Source of the DNA: an uncultured delta proteobacterium
GTDB taxonomy: Bacteria > Myxococcota_A > Polyangia > Polyangiales > Ga0077539
Assembly: GCA_903845045.1 (NCBI GenBank)
Contig: CAIMWA010000340.1
Span: 1,880 to 65,879, forward strand
Direction: 5' to 3'
Length of the DNA stretch: 64,000 nucleotides
The first letter of the stretch is position 1. Each line of letters begins with the position of its first letter. Below are positions 44,120-52,170 of the stretch, piece after piece. The position numbers and the translations under genes were made by a program. The notes under the pieces were generated by a model, which made no database searches, was not told the DNA's origin, and was given only the letters and a program-made list of their open reading frames with translations.

Positions 44120-46558
44120 TCACCACACGGACTTCGGAAGGAACGGTCCCGCGACCGTCGCAGCGCCGCGCCGCGCGGCCTCGAGGGCGAGCACGGCGCG
44201 GGTCGTGCGCACGGCGCTGTCGGGGTTCAACGACAGCGCGTCGATGCCGCAGTCGACGAGGAACGCCGCGAGGTCCGGGTGGTCCGACGGTCCTTGGCCG
44301 CAGATGGCGGCGTGGCGGTGGTTGCGGTGCGCGCCCTCGATGGCCGTGCGGAGCATCTGCAGCACGCCAGGGTCGCGCTCGTCGAACTCGAAGGCCACCA
44401 GCGCCGAGTCGCGGTCGACGCCGAGCGTCAGCTGCGTGAGGTCGTTGGAGCCGATGGAGATGCCGTCGAAGAGCGCGCAGAACGCGTCGATCTGGATGAC
44501 GTTGTTCGGGATCTCGCACATCACCAGCACGCGCAGCCCGTCATCGCCGCGGCGAAGCCCTTGCGCGGCCATGGCGTCGAGCACGCGCTGACCCTCGTCG
44601 ACGCGACGGCAGAACGGGATCATGAGCTCCACGTTGCGCAGGCCCATGTCGTCGCGCACGCGGCGCATGGCGCGGCACTCGAGGGCGAAGGCCTCAGCGT
44701 ACATCGGGTGCGTGTACCGCGACGCGCCGCGCAGGCCGATCATCGGGTTCTCCTCGAAGGGCTCGAAGTCGGCGCCGCCGAGCAGCTTCGCGTACTCGTT
44801 GGACTTGAAGTCCGACAGCCGCACCACCACGGGCTTCGGGTGGAACGCCGCGGCGATGGTCCCGACGCCCTGCGCAAGGCGGTCGACGAAGAACTCCGCG
44901 CGATCGGCGTAGCCCGCACAGCGCGCGTCGAGGGCGGCGCGCACCGCCGGGTCCTTCACGCGCTCGGGGTGCAGGAGCGCCATCGGGTGCACGCCGATGG
45001 AGTTGTTGATGATGAACTCGATGCGCGCGAGGCCGACGCCGTCGTTGGGGATCGCCGCCAGCGTCATGGCCCGCGACGGCTCGGCCACGTTCAGGAGGAT
45101 CTGCGTGCGCGGCCGCGCGCCGCCGTCGACCTCGGTGCGCGTCACGTGGTGCTTCAGCGAGCCGCGCAGCACGCGCCCCACGTCGCCGCCGGCGCAGCTC
45201 ACCGTCACCTCGGTGCCCGTCGGGACCTTCACCGTCGCCCCGTCGGCGCCGACGATGGCCGCGATGCCGAGCTCCCGCGCGACGATGGCCGCGTGGCACG
45301 TGCGCCCGCCGCGCTCCGTCACGATGGCCGACGCCTGCTTCATCACCGGCTCCCAGTCCGGCGTCGTCGTCGCCGCGACGAGCACCTCGCCGGGGTGGAA
45401 CGCGTCGAGGTGCGACGGGTCCGTGATGACCCGCGCGACGCCCGCGCCGATGCGCTCGCCGACGCTGTTTCCGCGCACGAGCTCGGGGCCCTCCTCGTCG
45501 AGCACGTACTCCTCGACGACGTCGAGGCGGCGCCGCGCCTGCACCGTCTCGGGCCGCGCCTGCACGATGCAGAGCGCTCCGTCGGGGCCGTCCTTGGCCC
45601 ACTCGATGTCCATCGGCGTGTCGTGGCCGGCGCGCGCGGAGTAGTGCGCCTCGATGGCCACGGCCATGCGCGCGAGCGCCACCACGTCGGCGTCGGCGAG
45701 GCAGAAGCGCCCGCGGTCGGCGTCGGTGACGGGCTCGTTCACCGTGGCCTCGGCACCGTCGCGGCCGTACACGAGGCGAAGCTGCTTGGCGCCCAGCTTG
45801 CGGCGCACGATGGGGCACGGCGCGACGCCCACGCCGGCCTTGAAGACGTAGAACTCGTCGGGGTCCACGGCCCCCTTCACGACGTTCTCGCCGAGGCCCC
45901 AGGCGGCGTTGATGAGCACCACGCCGCGAAATCCGCTCTCGGTGTCGAGGGTGAACGCGACGCCGCTGCACGCGCGGTCCGAGCGCACCATGCGCTGCAC
46001 GCCGACGGAGAGGCCGATCTGCATGGCGTCGAAGCCCTGGTCGACGCGGTACGACACCGCGCGCTCGGTGAAGAGGCTCGCGAGGCAGCGTCGGTACGCC
46101 TCGCGCAATGCGTCGGCTCCGCACACGTTGAGGTAGCTCTCCTGCTGACCCGCGAACGACGCGCCGGGAAGATCCTCGGCGGTGGCCGACGAGCGCACCG
46201 CGACGGACTCGCTGCCGCCGTCGCGCACGAGCCGCGCGTACGCCGCGGCGATGGGATCCCACACGTCCGCAGGGATCTCCGCCGCCTCGATGAGAGCCCG
46301 CACCGCCGCCGCACGGCGCGCACGCTCGGCGACGTCGCGCCCCGCGATGCCATGGACGATGTCCGCGATGCGCGCGCGCAGCCCGCCGTGCTCGAGCACG
46401 CGCCAGTACGCGTCGGCGGTCACCGCGAAGCCGCCGGGCACCGCGATGCCGAGGGGCTTCAGCGCCCCGAGCATCTCGCCCAGCGACGCGTTCTTGCCGC
46501 CGACGATCGCAACGTCGGCCATCGAGAGCTCGGAGAGATCTCGTACGAAGGGGGTCAT
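44120..46558 (-). CDS. ppsA: Phosphoenolpyruvate synthase
   Basis: 812 aa. Motifs: DVAIVGGKNASLGEM, MVRSDRACSGVAFT, GGRTCHAAIVARELG (phosphohistidine region), plus the C-terminal PEP-utilising TIM barrel ...GSNDLTQL. Confidence 0.95.
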   Translation of the reverse strand: MTPFVRDLSELSMADVAIVGGKNASLGEMLGALKPLGIAVPGGFAVTADAYWRVLEHGGLRARIADIVHGIAGRDVAERARRAAAVRALIEAAEIPADVWDPIAAAYARLVRDGGSESVAVRSSATAEDLPGASFAGQQESYLNVCGADALREAYRRCLASLFTERAVSYRVDQGFDAMQIGLSVGVQRMVRSDRACSGVAFTLDTESGFRGVVLINAAWGLGENVVKGAVDPDEFYVFKAGVGVAPCPIVRRKLGAKQLRLVYGRDGAEATVNEPVTDADRGRFCLADADVVALARMAVAIEAHYSARAGHDTPMDIEWAKDGPDGALCIVQARPETVQARRRLDVVEEYVLDEEGPELVRGNSVGERIGAGVARVITDPSHLDAFHPGEVLVAATTTPDWEPVMKQASAIVTERGGRTCHAAIVARELGIAAIVGADGATVKVPTGTEVTVSCAGGDVGRVLRGSLKHHVTRTEVDGGARPRTQILLNVAEPSRAMTLAAIPNDGVGLARIEFIINNSIGVHPMALLHPERVKDPAVRAALDARCAGYADRAEFFVDRLAQGVGTIAAAFHPKPVVVRLSDFKSNEYAKLLGGADFEPFEENPMIGLRGASRYTHPMYAEAFALECRAMRRVRDDMGLRNVELMIPFCRRVDEGQRVLDAMAAQGLRRGDDGLRVLVMCEIPNNVIQIDAFCALFDGISIGSNDLTQLTLGVDRDSALVAFEFDERDPGVLQMLRTAIEGAHRNHRHAAICGQGPSDHPDLAAFLVDCGIDALSLNPDSAVRTTRAVLALEAARRGAATVAGPFLPKSVW

Positions 46559-46759
46559 GGGCCGCTCCTGGGGTTCGACGCGAACGCATCACCTGCCGCG
46601 CGCGAACGAGCGCTCGGCACCAACGGGCCGACCGCCTTCCAGCACCCTGCGTGCCGCACGCCGCCTCCCGTGAAATCGCGCTGCAGCTCCGCGGAAAATC
46701 GCACGCCTTGCACGCCTTGCATGCAACGACCGCGGTGGAGTCGACGGCGCCCCGCGGCA

Positions 46760-46788
46760 TTGACACCGCAGCGCTCCCGTCGTACCGG
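46760..46788 (+). promoter_or_regulatory. Candidate promoter (-35 TTGACA) upstream of lipoprotein gene 46800
   Basis: TTGACA at 46760-46765. The -10 is poor (TACCGG at 46783-46788). The ATG lies 40 nt from the start of the box. Confidence 0.2.
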
Positions 46789-46799
46789 CCCGTTCAACC

Positions 46800-48389
46800 A
46801 TGAAGACGTGGCACCTCCTCGCGATGGCGGCCTGGGTGGCCGGGTGTGCGGCCGACGAAGCCACGACGGGCTACGCGCCCGGCGAGGACGAGTGGGCCGC
46901 GGACCAGATCGTCGGCTCCAACGCCGTCGGCCGGCGCATGACCCTCGAGGGCTATGTGTACGTGCCCGTCGGCGCGACGCAGGCGACCATCACGGCGGCG
47001 GTGTCGTCGCAGATGCGCGTGCTCTTCGGCGCGGCGCGCTCCAACGACATCGGCCTGTCGGAGCGCTTTCCGGTGATCAACGCGGCGTCGTTCCGCACCG
47101 ACACGCTCACCGTCGTCGACACGGCGCACCCGGGCTCGGCGACGCACGCCGTGACCCGCGTCCGGTACACGTATCGCACCCGTGCGGTGGTTCCGCGCAC
47201 CCTCGAGAACGCGAGCACCGTGCCCACGGCCACGCTGTTCCCCGTGGGCTACGCGTCGCGCTCCGCGGAGATCATCCAGCGCTGCCAGGACCCGGACACG
47301 CAGGCGCTCACGGCGGCGACGATCTGGTACCACTTTCACCCCGCCCTCGACGCGTGCGCCGCGGCCATCGACGCCGAGCGCGCGCAGATCGACGCGGACC
47401 GCCGGCTGCTGACGAACGCCGACCGGCAGGTCACGGCGAGCGAGGCCGCGCGGCTGTACCTCCCGGTGACGATGCAGCTCGTGCCCCTCGAAGGGAACGC
47501 GCAGGCCTCGCCGGAATACCATCGCTTGTATGAAGACGACCGCTTCGTCGCGTACTCGTTCTTCGGCATCGACCGCGAGGACGACCCCTACGACTACGGC
47601 GCGAAGAACTGGTTCACGTGGCTCCGCACGCTCACCGCCGCGCAGCCGACGCTGCGCTTCTCCGTGCCCGACGGCACCGACCTGCTGCGCGTGGTGTGGA
47701 ACGGCCAGCCCGTCGCCGGCGTGACGTGGCCGCGGGTCACCGCGTGGGTCCTCGACGATGCGGGCTACCCCGCGGAGGTCTCCGCGGCGGACCGTCGCGC
47801 GTTCCGTCTCCAGGTGCTGCGCCAGCTTCGCGGGCATTACGTGCACCTCGGCACGACGCTGCGGGTGACCACGCAGGGACGCACCCGCGCGGTGCCCGTC
47901 GAGCTGCGCACGTACTACGGCGACGAGGAGATCGACCAGCGCTCCGCGGTGCGGCGCTACATCGCGGCCTTCGCCGACGCCGACGTGTTCCAGTACACGG
48001 GCCACTCGCACCTGGGCCGCGGACCGCTGGACCCGACGAACTACGCGGCGTCGGTCTTCCCCGACAAGTACCAGCTCATGATGGTCAACAGCTGCGTGTC
48101 GTTCAACTACTACAACCAGTTCTTCCGCATGCACCCGGGCGGCACGGCGAACCTCGACACCATCACCAACGGCATCGAGGTGTACCTCGAGGGCGCCGGG
48201 CTCTCGTCCGCGCGCTTCATGGCCGCGCTGCTCGACGGGCGCTTTCGCAGCTACTTCGACATCCTCACGAGCATGCGCGTGGACCTGCCTTGGGACCACT
48301 CGCACGACCCCGACCGCGTCGCCGACGGAGAGCTCGACAACGTGTTCACCCAGGCGCGCTACGGCATGAGCATCGCGCCGTCGCCGTAG
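46800..48389 (+). CDS. Lipoprotein of unknown function with His...Cys dyad arrangement reminiscent of clan CD peptidases
   Basis: Lipobox: LLAMAAWVAGC. The composition is protein-like throughout. C-terminal segment: ADVFQYTGHSHLGRGPLDPTNYAASVFPDKYQLMMVNSCVSFNYY. Confidence 0.8.
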   Translation: MKTWHLLAMAAWVAGCAADEATTGYAPGEDEWAADQIVGSNAVGRRMTLEGYVYVPVGATQATITAAVSSQMRVLFGAARSNDIGLSERFPVINAASFRTDTLTVVDTAHPGSATHAVTRVRYTYRTRAVVPRTLENASTVPTATLFPVGYASRSAEIIQRCQDPDTQALTAATIWYHFHPALDACAAAIDAERAQIDADRRLLTNADRQVTASEAARLYLPVTMQLVPLEGNAQASPEYHRLYEDDRFVAYSFFGIDREDDPYDYGAKNWFTWLRTLTAAQPTLRFSVPDGTDLLRVVWNGQPVAGVTWPRVTAWVLDDAGYPAEVSAADRRAFRLQVLRQLRGHYVHLGTTLRVTTQGRTRAVPVELRTYYGDEEIDQRSAVRRYIAAFADADVFQYTGHSHLGRGPLDPTNYAASVFPDKYQLMMVNSCVSFNYYNQFFRMHPGGTANLDTITNGIEVYLEGAGLSSARFMAALLDGRFRSYFDILTSMRVDLPWDHSHDPDRVADGELDNVFTQARYGMSIAPSP

Positions 48390-48426
48390 CTGCATTTCCG
48401 CCCTTTTGCGACGTCGCGTGTAGAAT

Positions 48427-51400
48427 GTGGGCCGGTCCGTGCTGAGCGGCGACCCCACATCGACGGCGTCCGGCGCAGGCATCGACCCGAGCCATCGGAC
48501 CGCGCTGCGCCGCACCGTTCGCGTCCTCCTGATCCTCGGCCTCGGCGTCGCCTTCGTCGCCGCCGCGCCCGCGATGCGAGCGCCGCTGGGACCCGTCGGG
48601 CACCTCACGCTGCACACGGTGCTCGAGACGACGTCCATCGTCGTCGCGATGACGGCGTTCGCGGTGGGCTCCGCGGGACGGCGGCGCGGCATGCCCGGCA
48701 ACGTCCTCGGGCTCGCCTGGGCGTTCTTCTTCGTCGCGATCCTCGACTTCTCGCACATGCTCTCCTTCGAGGGCATGCCCGACTTCGTCACGGCGAACAC
48801 CGTCGACAAGACCATTCGCTTCTGGCTCGCCGCACGAACCGTCGCCAGCGCTGCGCTCCTCTACGTCGCCGTCGCGCCGTGGCGTCCCACCATGCACCCG
48901 GCCCTTCGCCGCCTCGCTCTCGGCGCCGGGGTCGCCGTCGTCGGCGTCGCGCACTGGCTGATCCTGGCGCACCCCGAGCTGCTCCCGCGCACGTTCGTGC
49001 CGGGCCACGGGCTCACCACGGCGAAGGTCGTCTACGAGTACGGCCTCATCGCGCTCGACCTCGCGGCGGCGGTGGCGCTCGCCGTGCGCATGCGAGGTCC
49101 CCTGCCGTTCAACGCCCCGGCGCTCTTCGGCGCGGTGTGCGCCATGGCGATGAGCGAGCTGATGTTCACGCTCTACCGCGACGCCGCCGACGTCTCCATC
49201 GTCGTCGGGCACCTCTACAAGGTCGCGTCGTACTTCTTCCTGTACCGCGCGGTGTTCGTCGACGTCGTCGAGTTCCCGTACGAGCTGCTCCGCGCGTCCG
49301 AGGCGAAGCTCCTGGCGACGCTCGCGGCGATGCCCGCGACGGTGCTCGAGGTCGACCGCGACGGGCGCGTCGTGGGCCACCCGACGGCGCGGGACCCCTC
49401 CCTCGCCGCCGTCGTCGGCGAAGTGGTCGGCAAGACCTTCGGCGAGTTCCTCCCGGCGGCCGTCGCGCGAGTGTGCATGAGCACCATCGCCGAGGCCGAT
49501 GCGAACCCCGACGGCGTGCCCGCACGGCGCCAGGTCCGCGCGACGGTGGGTGGGCGTTCGCGGTGGTTCGAGCTGTCCGTCTCCGTCCGTGCGTCCGCCG
49601 ACGCCGCCTCGCGACGCTTCGTGCTCCTCGCGGTGGACATCACCACGCTCAAGGCCGACCAGGCCAACGCGGTGCTCCAGGCGCGGCGGGCCGAGGCGCT
49701 GCTCGGGCTCCCGGCCGCGGCCGTCGGCGTCGCCGAGGAACCCTTCCTCGAGCGCGCGATGGCCGTCGCCCGGGAGCTCACGGGGAGCAGCGCAGGCTTC
49801 GTCCGCGTGGCCCGCGAAGGCGAGAGCGGCATCGACGCCGGGACGGGGCCCGCTTCGGACCCAGGGACCCTCGCCGTGCCGGTGGTCGAGGGCGACGCCG
49901 TGCGGGTGGTCCTCTCCGTCGCGAAGAAGCCCGAGCCGTACACGGACCTCGACGTGGAGACGCTGCGACTCCTCGCCGACACCGTCTGGCGGGTGCTGGG
50001 CCAGCGCCGCGCCGAGTCTGCCCTGCGCGCGAGCGAGAGCCGGCTCTCGGCGGTGCTCGACGGCGTCGACGCCGCGATCTTCATGAAGGACCGCACATAC
50101 AAGTACCGGTATGTGAACCAGGAGATGGCCGACCTCATGGGGCGCCCGCCGTCCGAGGTGATCGGCGCGGACGACCAGATCATCATCGGCGGCGATCGGG
50201 CCGACGCGTACGCAGCGTCCGATCGGCGCGTCGTCGAGGACGGCGAGCGCTGGGCGTCGGAGGAGCCCTACGCGGATCCGGTGACCGGCGCGCTGCGGAC
50301 GTTCTGGTCCGTGAAGGTGCCGCTGCGCGGCGCCGACGGCGCCATCGAGGGGATCTGCGGCGTGTCCACGGAGATCACCGCACGCAAGGAGCTCGAGCGC
50401 TCCGTCGGCATGCTGTCGCTGGCCGTGGAGCAGAGCCCCAACGCGGTGATCATCACCGACGTGAACGCGCGCATCGAGTATGCGAACCCGGCGTTCTGCC
50501 GCGTGACCGGGTACAGCCTCGCCGAGGTGCTCGGGCGCAACCCGCGGGTGCTGCAGTCGGGCAAGACGCCGCGCGAGCGCTACGTCGAGATGTGGGCGCG
50601 GCTGAGCGAAGGGCTCCCGTGGCGCGGCGAGCTCGTCAACCGCCGCAAGGACGGCACCGAGTTCGTCGAGAGCACGCTCATCTCCCCGGTGCGCCAGGCC
50701 GACGGCGCGATCACGCACTACCTCTCCATCAAGGACAACATCACCGAGAAGAAGGCCGCCGAGGAGCGCATCGAGCGCCTCGCGCACTTCGACCAGCTCA
50801 CGGGTCTGCCCAACCGAGTGATGCTGCTCGAGCGTTTCCGCATGGCGGCCAGCCTCGCCCGGCGCCGCAACGAGCAGCTCGCGGTGCTCTTCCTCGACCT
50901 CGACCGCTTCAAGGACATCAACGACACCCTCGGCCACAGCCTCGGCGACGACCTGCTCATCGAGGTGAGCCGCCGGCTCCGCGCGACGGTGCGCGACCAC
51001 GACACGGTGTCGCGGCTCGGCGGCGACGAGTTCATCCTGGTGCTGCCGGGCATCGACGCGAGCGGCGTCACGCAGGTGGCCGAGCGGCTCCTCGAGGCCG
51101 TGGCGCGCCCGATCCTGCTGCCCTCGCACGAGCTCACCGTCTCGGCCTCCATCGGCATCGCGATGTACCCGCAGGACGGCGAGGACTTCGAGACGCTGTC
51201 GAAGAACGCCGACGCGGCGATGTACCGCGTGAAGCAGGACGCCCGGAACGGCTACCGCTTCTTCACGCCGGAGATGCAGCGTCGCTCGGCGCGCACGCTC
51301 ACGCTCGCGAGCGCCCTGCGGCACGCGATGGAGCGCGACCAGCTCTCGCTGCACTACCAGCCGCAGATCTCCCTCTCCGACGGGCGCGTGGCAGGCGTCG

Positions 51401-52086
51401 AGGCGCTGCTGCGGTGGCGGCACCCGGAATTCGGCATGGTGTCGCCCGGCGAGTTCATCCCCATCGCCGAGGAGACGGGACAGATCATCGCCATCGGCGA
51501 GTGGGTGCTGCGCACCGCCGCGACGCAGCTCCGCGGATGGCTCGCGGCCGGCGCGGCGCCGATGGTGGTGGCGGTGAACCTCTCGGCGGGACAGTTCCGC
51601 CACGGCAACCTCACGCAGCTCATCGCCGGCGTGCTCGCCGACGTCGGCCTGCCGCCGCACTGCCTCGAGCTCGAGCTCACCGAGGGCGTCGCCATGGACG
51701 ACGCCGTCGCCGCCACCACCATCATGGACCGGCTGCACGAGCAGGGCGTGCGCATGTCCATCGACGACTTCGGCACCGGCTTCTCGTCGCTGAACTACCT
51801 CAAGCGCTTCAAGGCCTACATGCTGAAGATCGACCAGTCCTTCGTGCGCGGCCTGCCCGGCGACGCGAACGACCGGGCCATCGTGCAGGCGATCATCCAG
51901 ATCGCCGGGAGCCTCGGCATGATGACCATCGCCGAGGGCGTCGAGACCGCGGAGCAGCTCGCCTACCTGCAGAGCGTCGGCTGCCACTTCGTGCAGGGCT
52001 ACCACCTGAGCCGCCCGCTGCCGCCCGAGGCGCTCGAGACGTTCCTGCGCGAACGCGGCGTCATGCCCGTCGCCGCAGAGGCTTGA
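48427..52086 (+). CDS. Membrane sensor: multi-TM N-domain, PAS, GAF, PAS x2, GGDEF, EAL (c-di-GMP turnover)
   Basis: About 7 TM helices at the N terminus. PAS: FMKDRTYKYRYVNQ and AVIITDVNARIEYANPAFCRVTGY. GGDEF: RLGGDEFILVL. EAL: GVEALLRWRHPEFG and DDFGTGFSSLNYLKRF. Confidence 0.93.
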   Translation: MGRSVLSGDPTSTASGAGIDPSHRTALRRTVRVLLILGLGVAFVAAAPAMRAPLGPVGHLTLHTVLETTSIVVAMTAFAVGSAGRRRGMPGNVLGLAWAFFFVAILDFSHMLSFEGMPDFVTANTVDKTIRFWLAARTVASAALLYVAVAPWRPTMHPALRRLALGAGVAVVGVAHWLILAHPELLPRTFVPGHGLTTAKVVYEYGLIALDLAAAVALAVRMRGPLPFNAPALFGAVCAMAMSELMFTLYRDAADVSIVVGHLYKVASYFFLYRAVFVDVVEFPYELLRASEAKLLATLAAMPATVLEVDRDGRVVGHPTARDPSLAAVVGEVVGKTFGEFLPAAVARVCMSTIAEADANPDGVPARRQVRATVGGRSRWFELSVSVRASADAASRRFVLLAVDITTLKADQANAVLQARRAEALLGLPAAAVGVAEEPFLERAMAVARELTGSSAGFVRVAREGESGIDAGTGPASDPGTLAVPVVEGDAVRVVLSVAKKPEPYTDLDVETLRLLADTVWRVLGQRRAESALRASESRLSAVLDGVDAAIFMKDRTYKYRYVNQEMADLMGRPPSEVIGADDQIIIGGDRADAYAASDRRVVEDGERWASEEPYADPVTGALRTFWSVKVPLRGADGAIEGICGVSTEITARKELERSVGMLSLAVEQSPNAVIITDVNARIEYANPAFCRVTGYSLAEVLGRNPRVLQSGKTPRERYVEMWARLSEGLPWRGELVNRRKDGTEFVESTLISPVRQADGAITHYLSIKDNITEKKAAEERIERLAHFDQLTGLPNRVMLLERFRMAASLARRRNEQLAVLFLDLDRFKDINDTLGHSLGDDLLIEVSRRLRATVRDHDTVSRLGGDEFILVLPGIDASGVTQVAERLLEAVARPILLPSHELTVSASIGIAMYPQDGEDFETLSKNADAAMYRVKQDARNGYRFFTPEMQRRSARTLTLASALRHAMERDQLSLHYQPQISLSDGRVAGVEALLRWRHPEFGMVSPGEFIPIAEETGQIIAIGEWVLRTAATQLRGWLAAGAAPMVVAVNLSAGQFRHGNLTQLIAGVLADVGLPPHCLELELTEGVAMDDAVAATTIMDRLHEQGVRMSIDDFGTGFSSLNYLKRFKAYMLKIDQSFVRGLPGDANDRAIVQAIIQIAGSLGMMTIAEGVETAEQLAYLQSVGCHFVQGYHLSRPLPPEALETFLRERGVMPVAAEA

Positions 52087-52134
52087 CCGCGAAGAAGACC
52101 TTCCGAGGCCTCGAAGACGCACGGTGCGGTACGC

Positions 52135-52163
52135 TTGACACATCCCCATCGGCGATGCGATCG
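52135..52163 (+). promoter_or_regulatory. Candidate promoter (-35 TTGACA) upstream of the PSI-repeat lipoprotein gene
   Basis: TTGACA at 52135-52140. Possible -10 TGCGAT at 52156-52161 (short 15-nt spacer). The ATG at 52171 lies 36 nt from the start of the box. Confidence 0.2.
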
Positions 52164-52170
52164 GGCTGGG

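Noticed and set aside
46559-46799. tRNA or small RNA in the larger intergenic gaps (also 8953-9130, 23451-23631, 35059-35186 and 54477-54726)
   Set aside because: I could not fold any cloverleaf-like arms or recognise conserved T-loop (GTTCGAATC-type) or anticodon-stem features by eye. A tRNAscan or Infernal run would be needed to exclude small RNAs.
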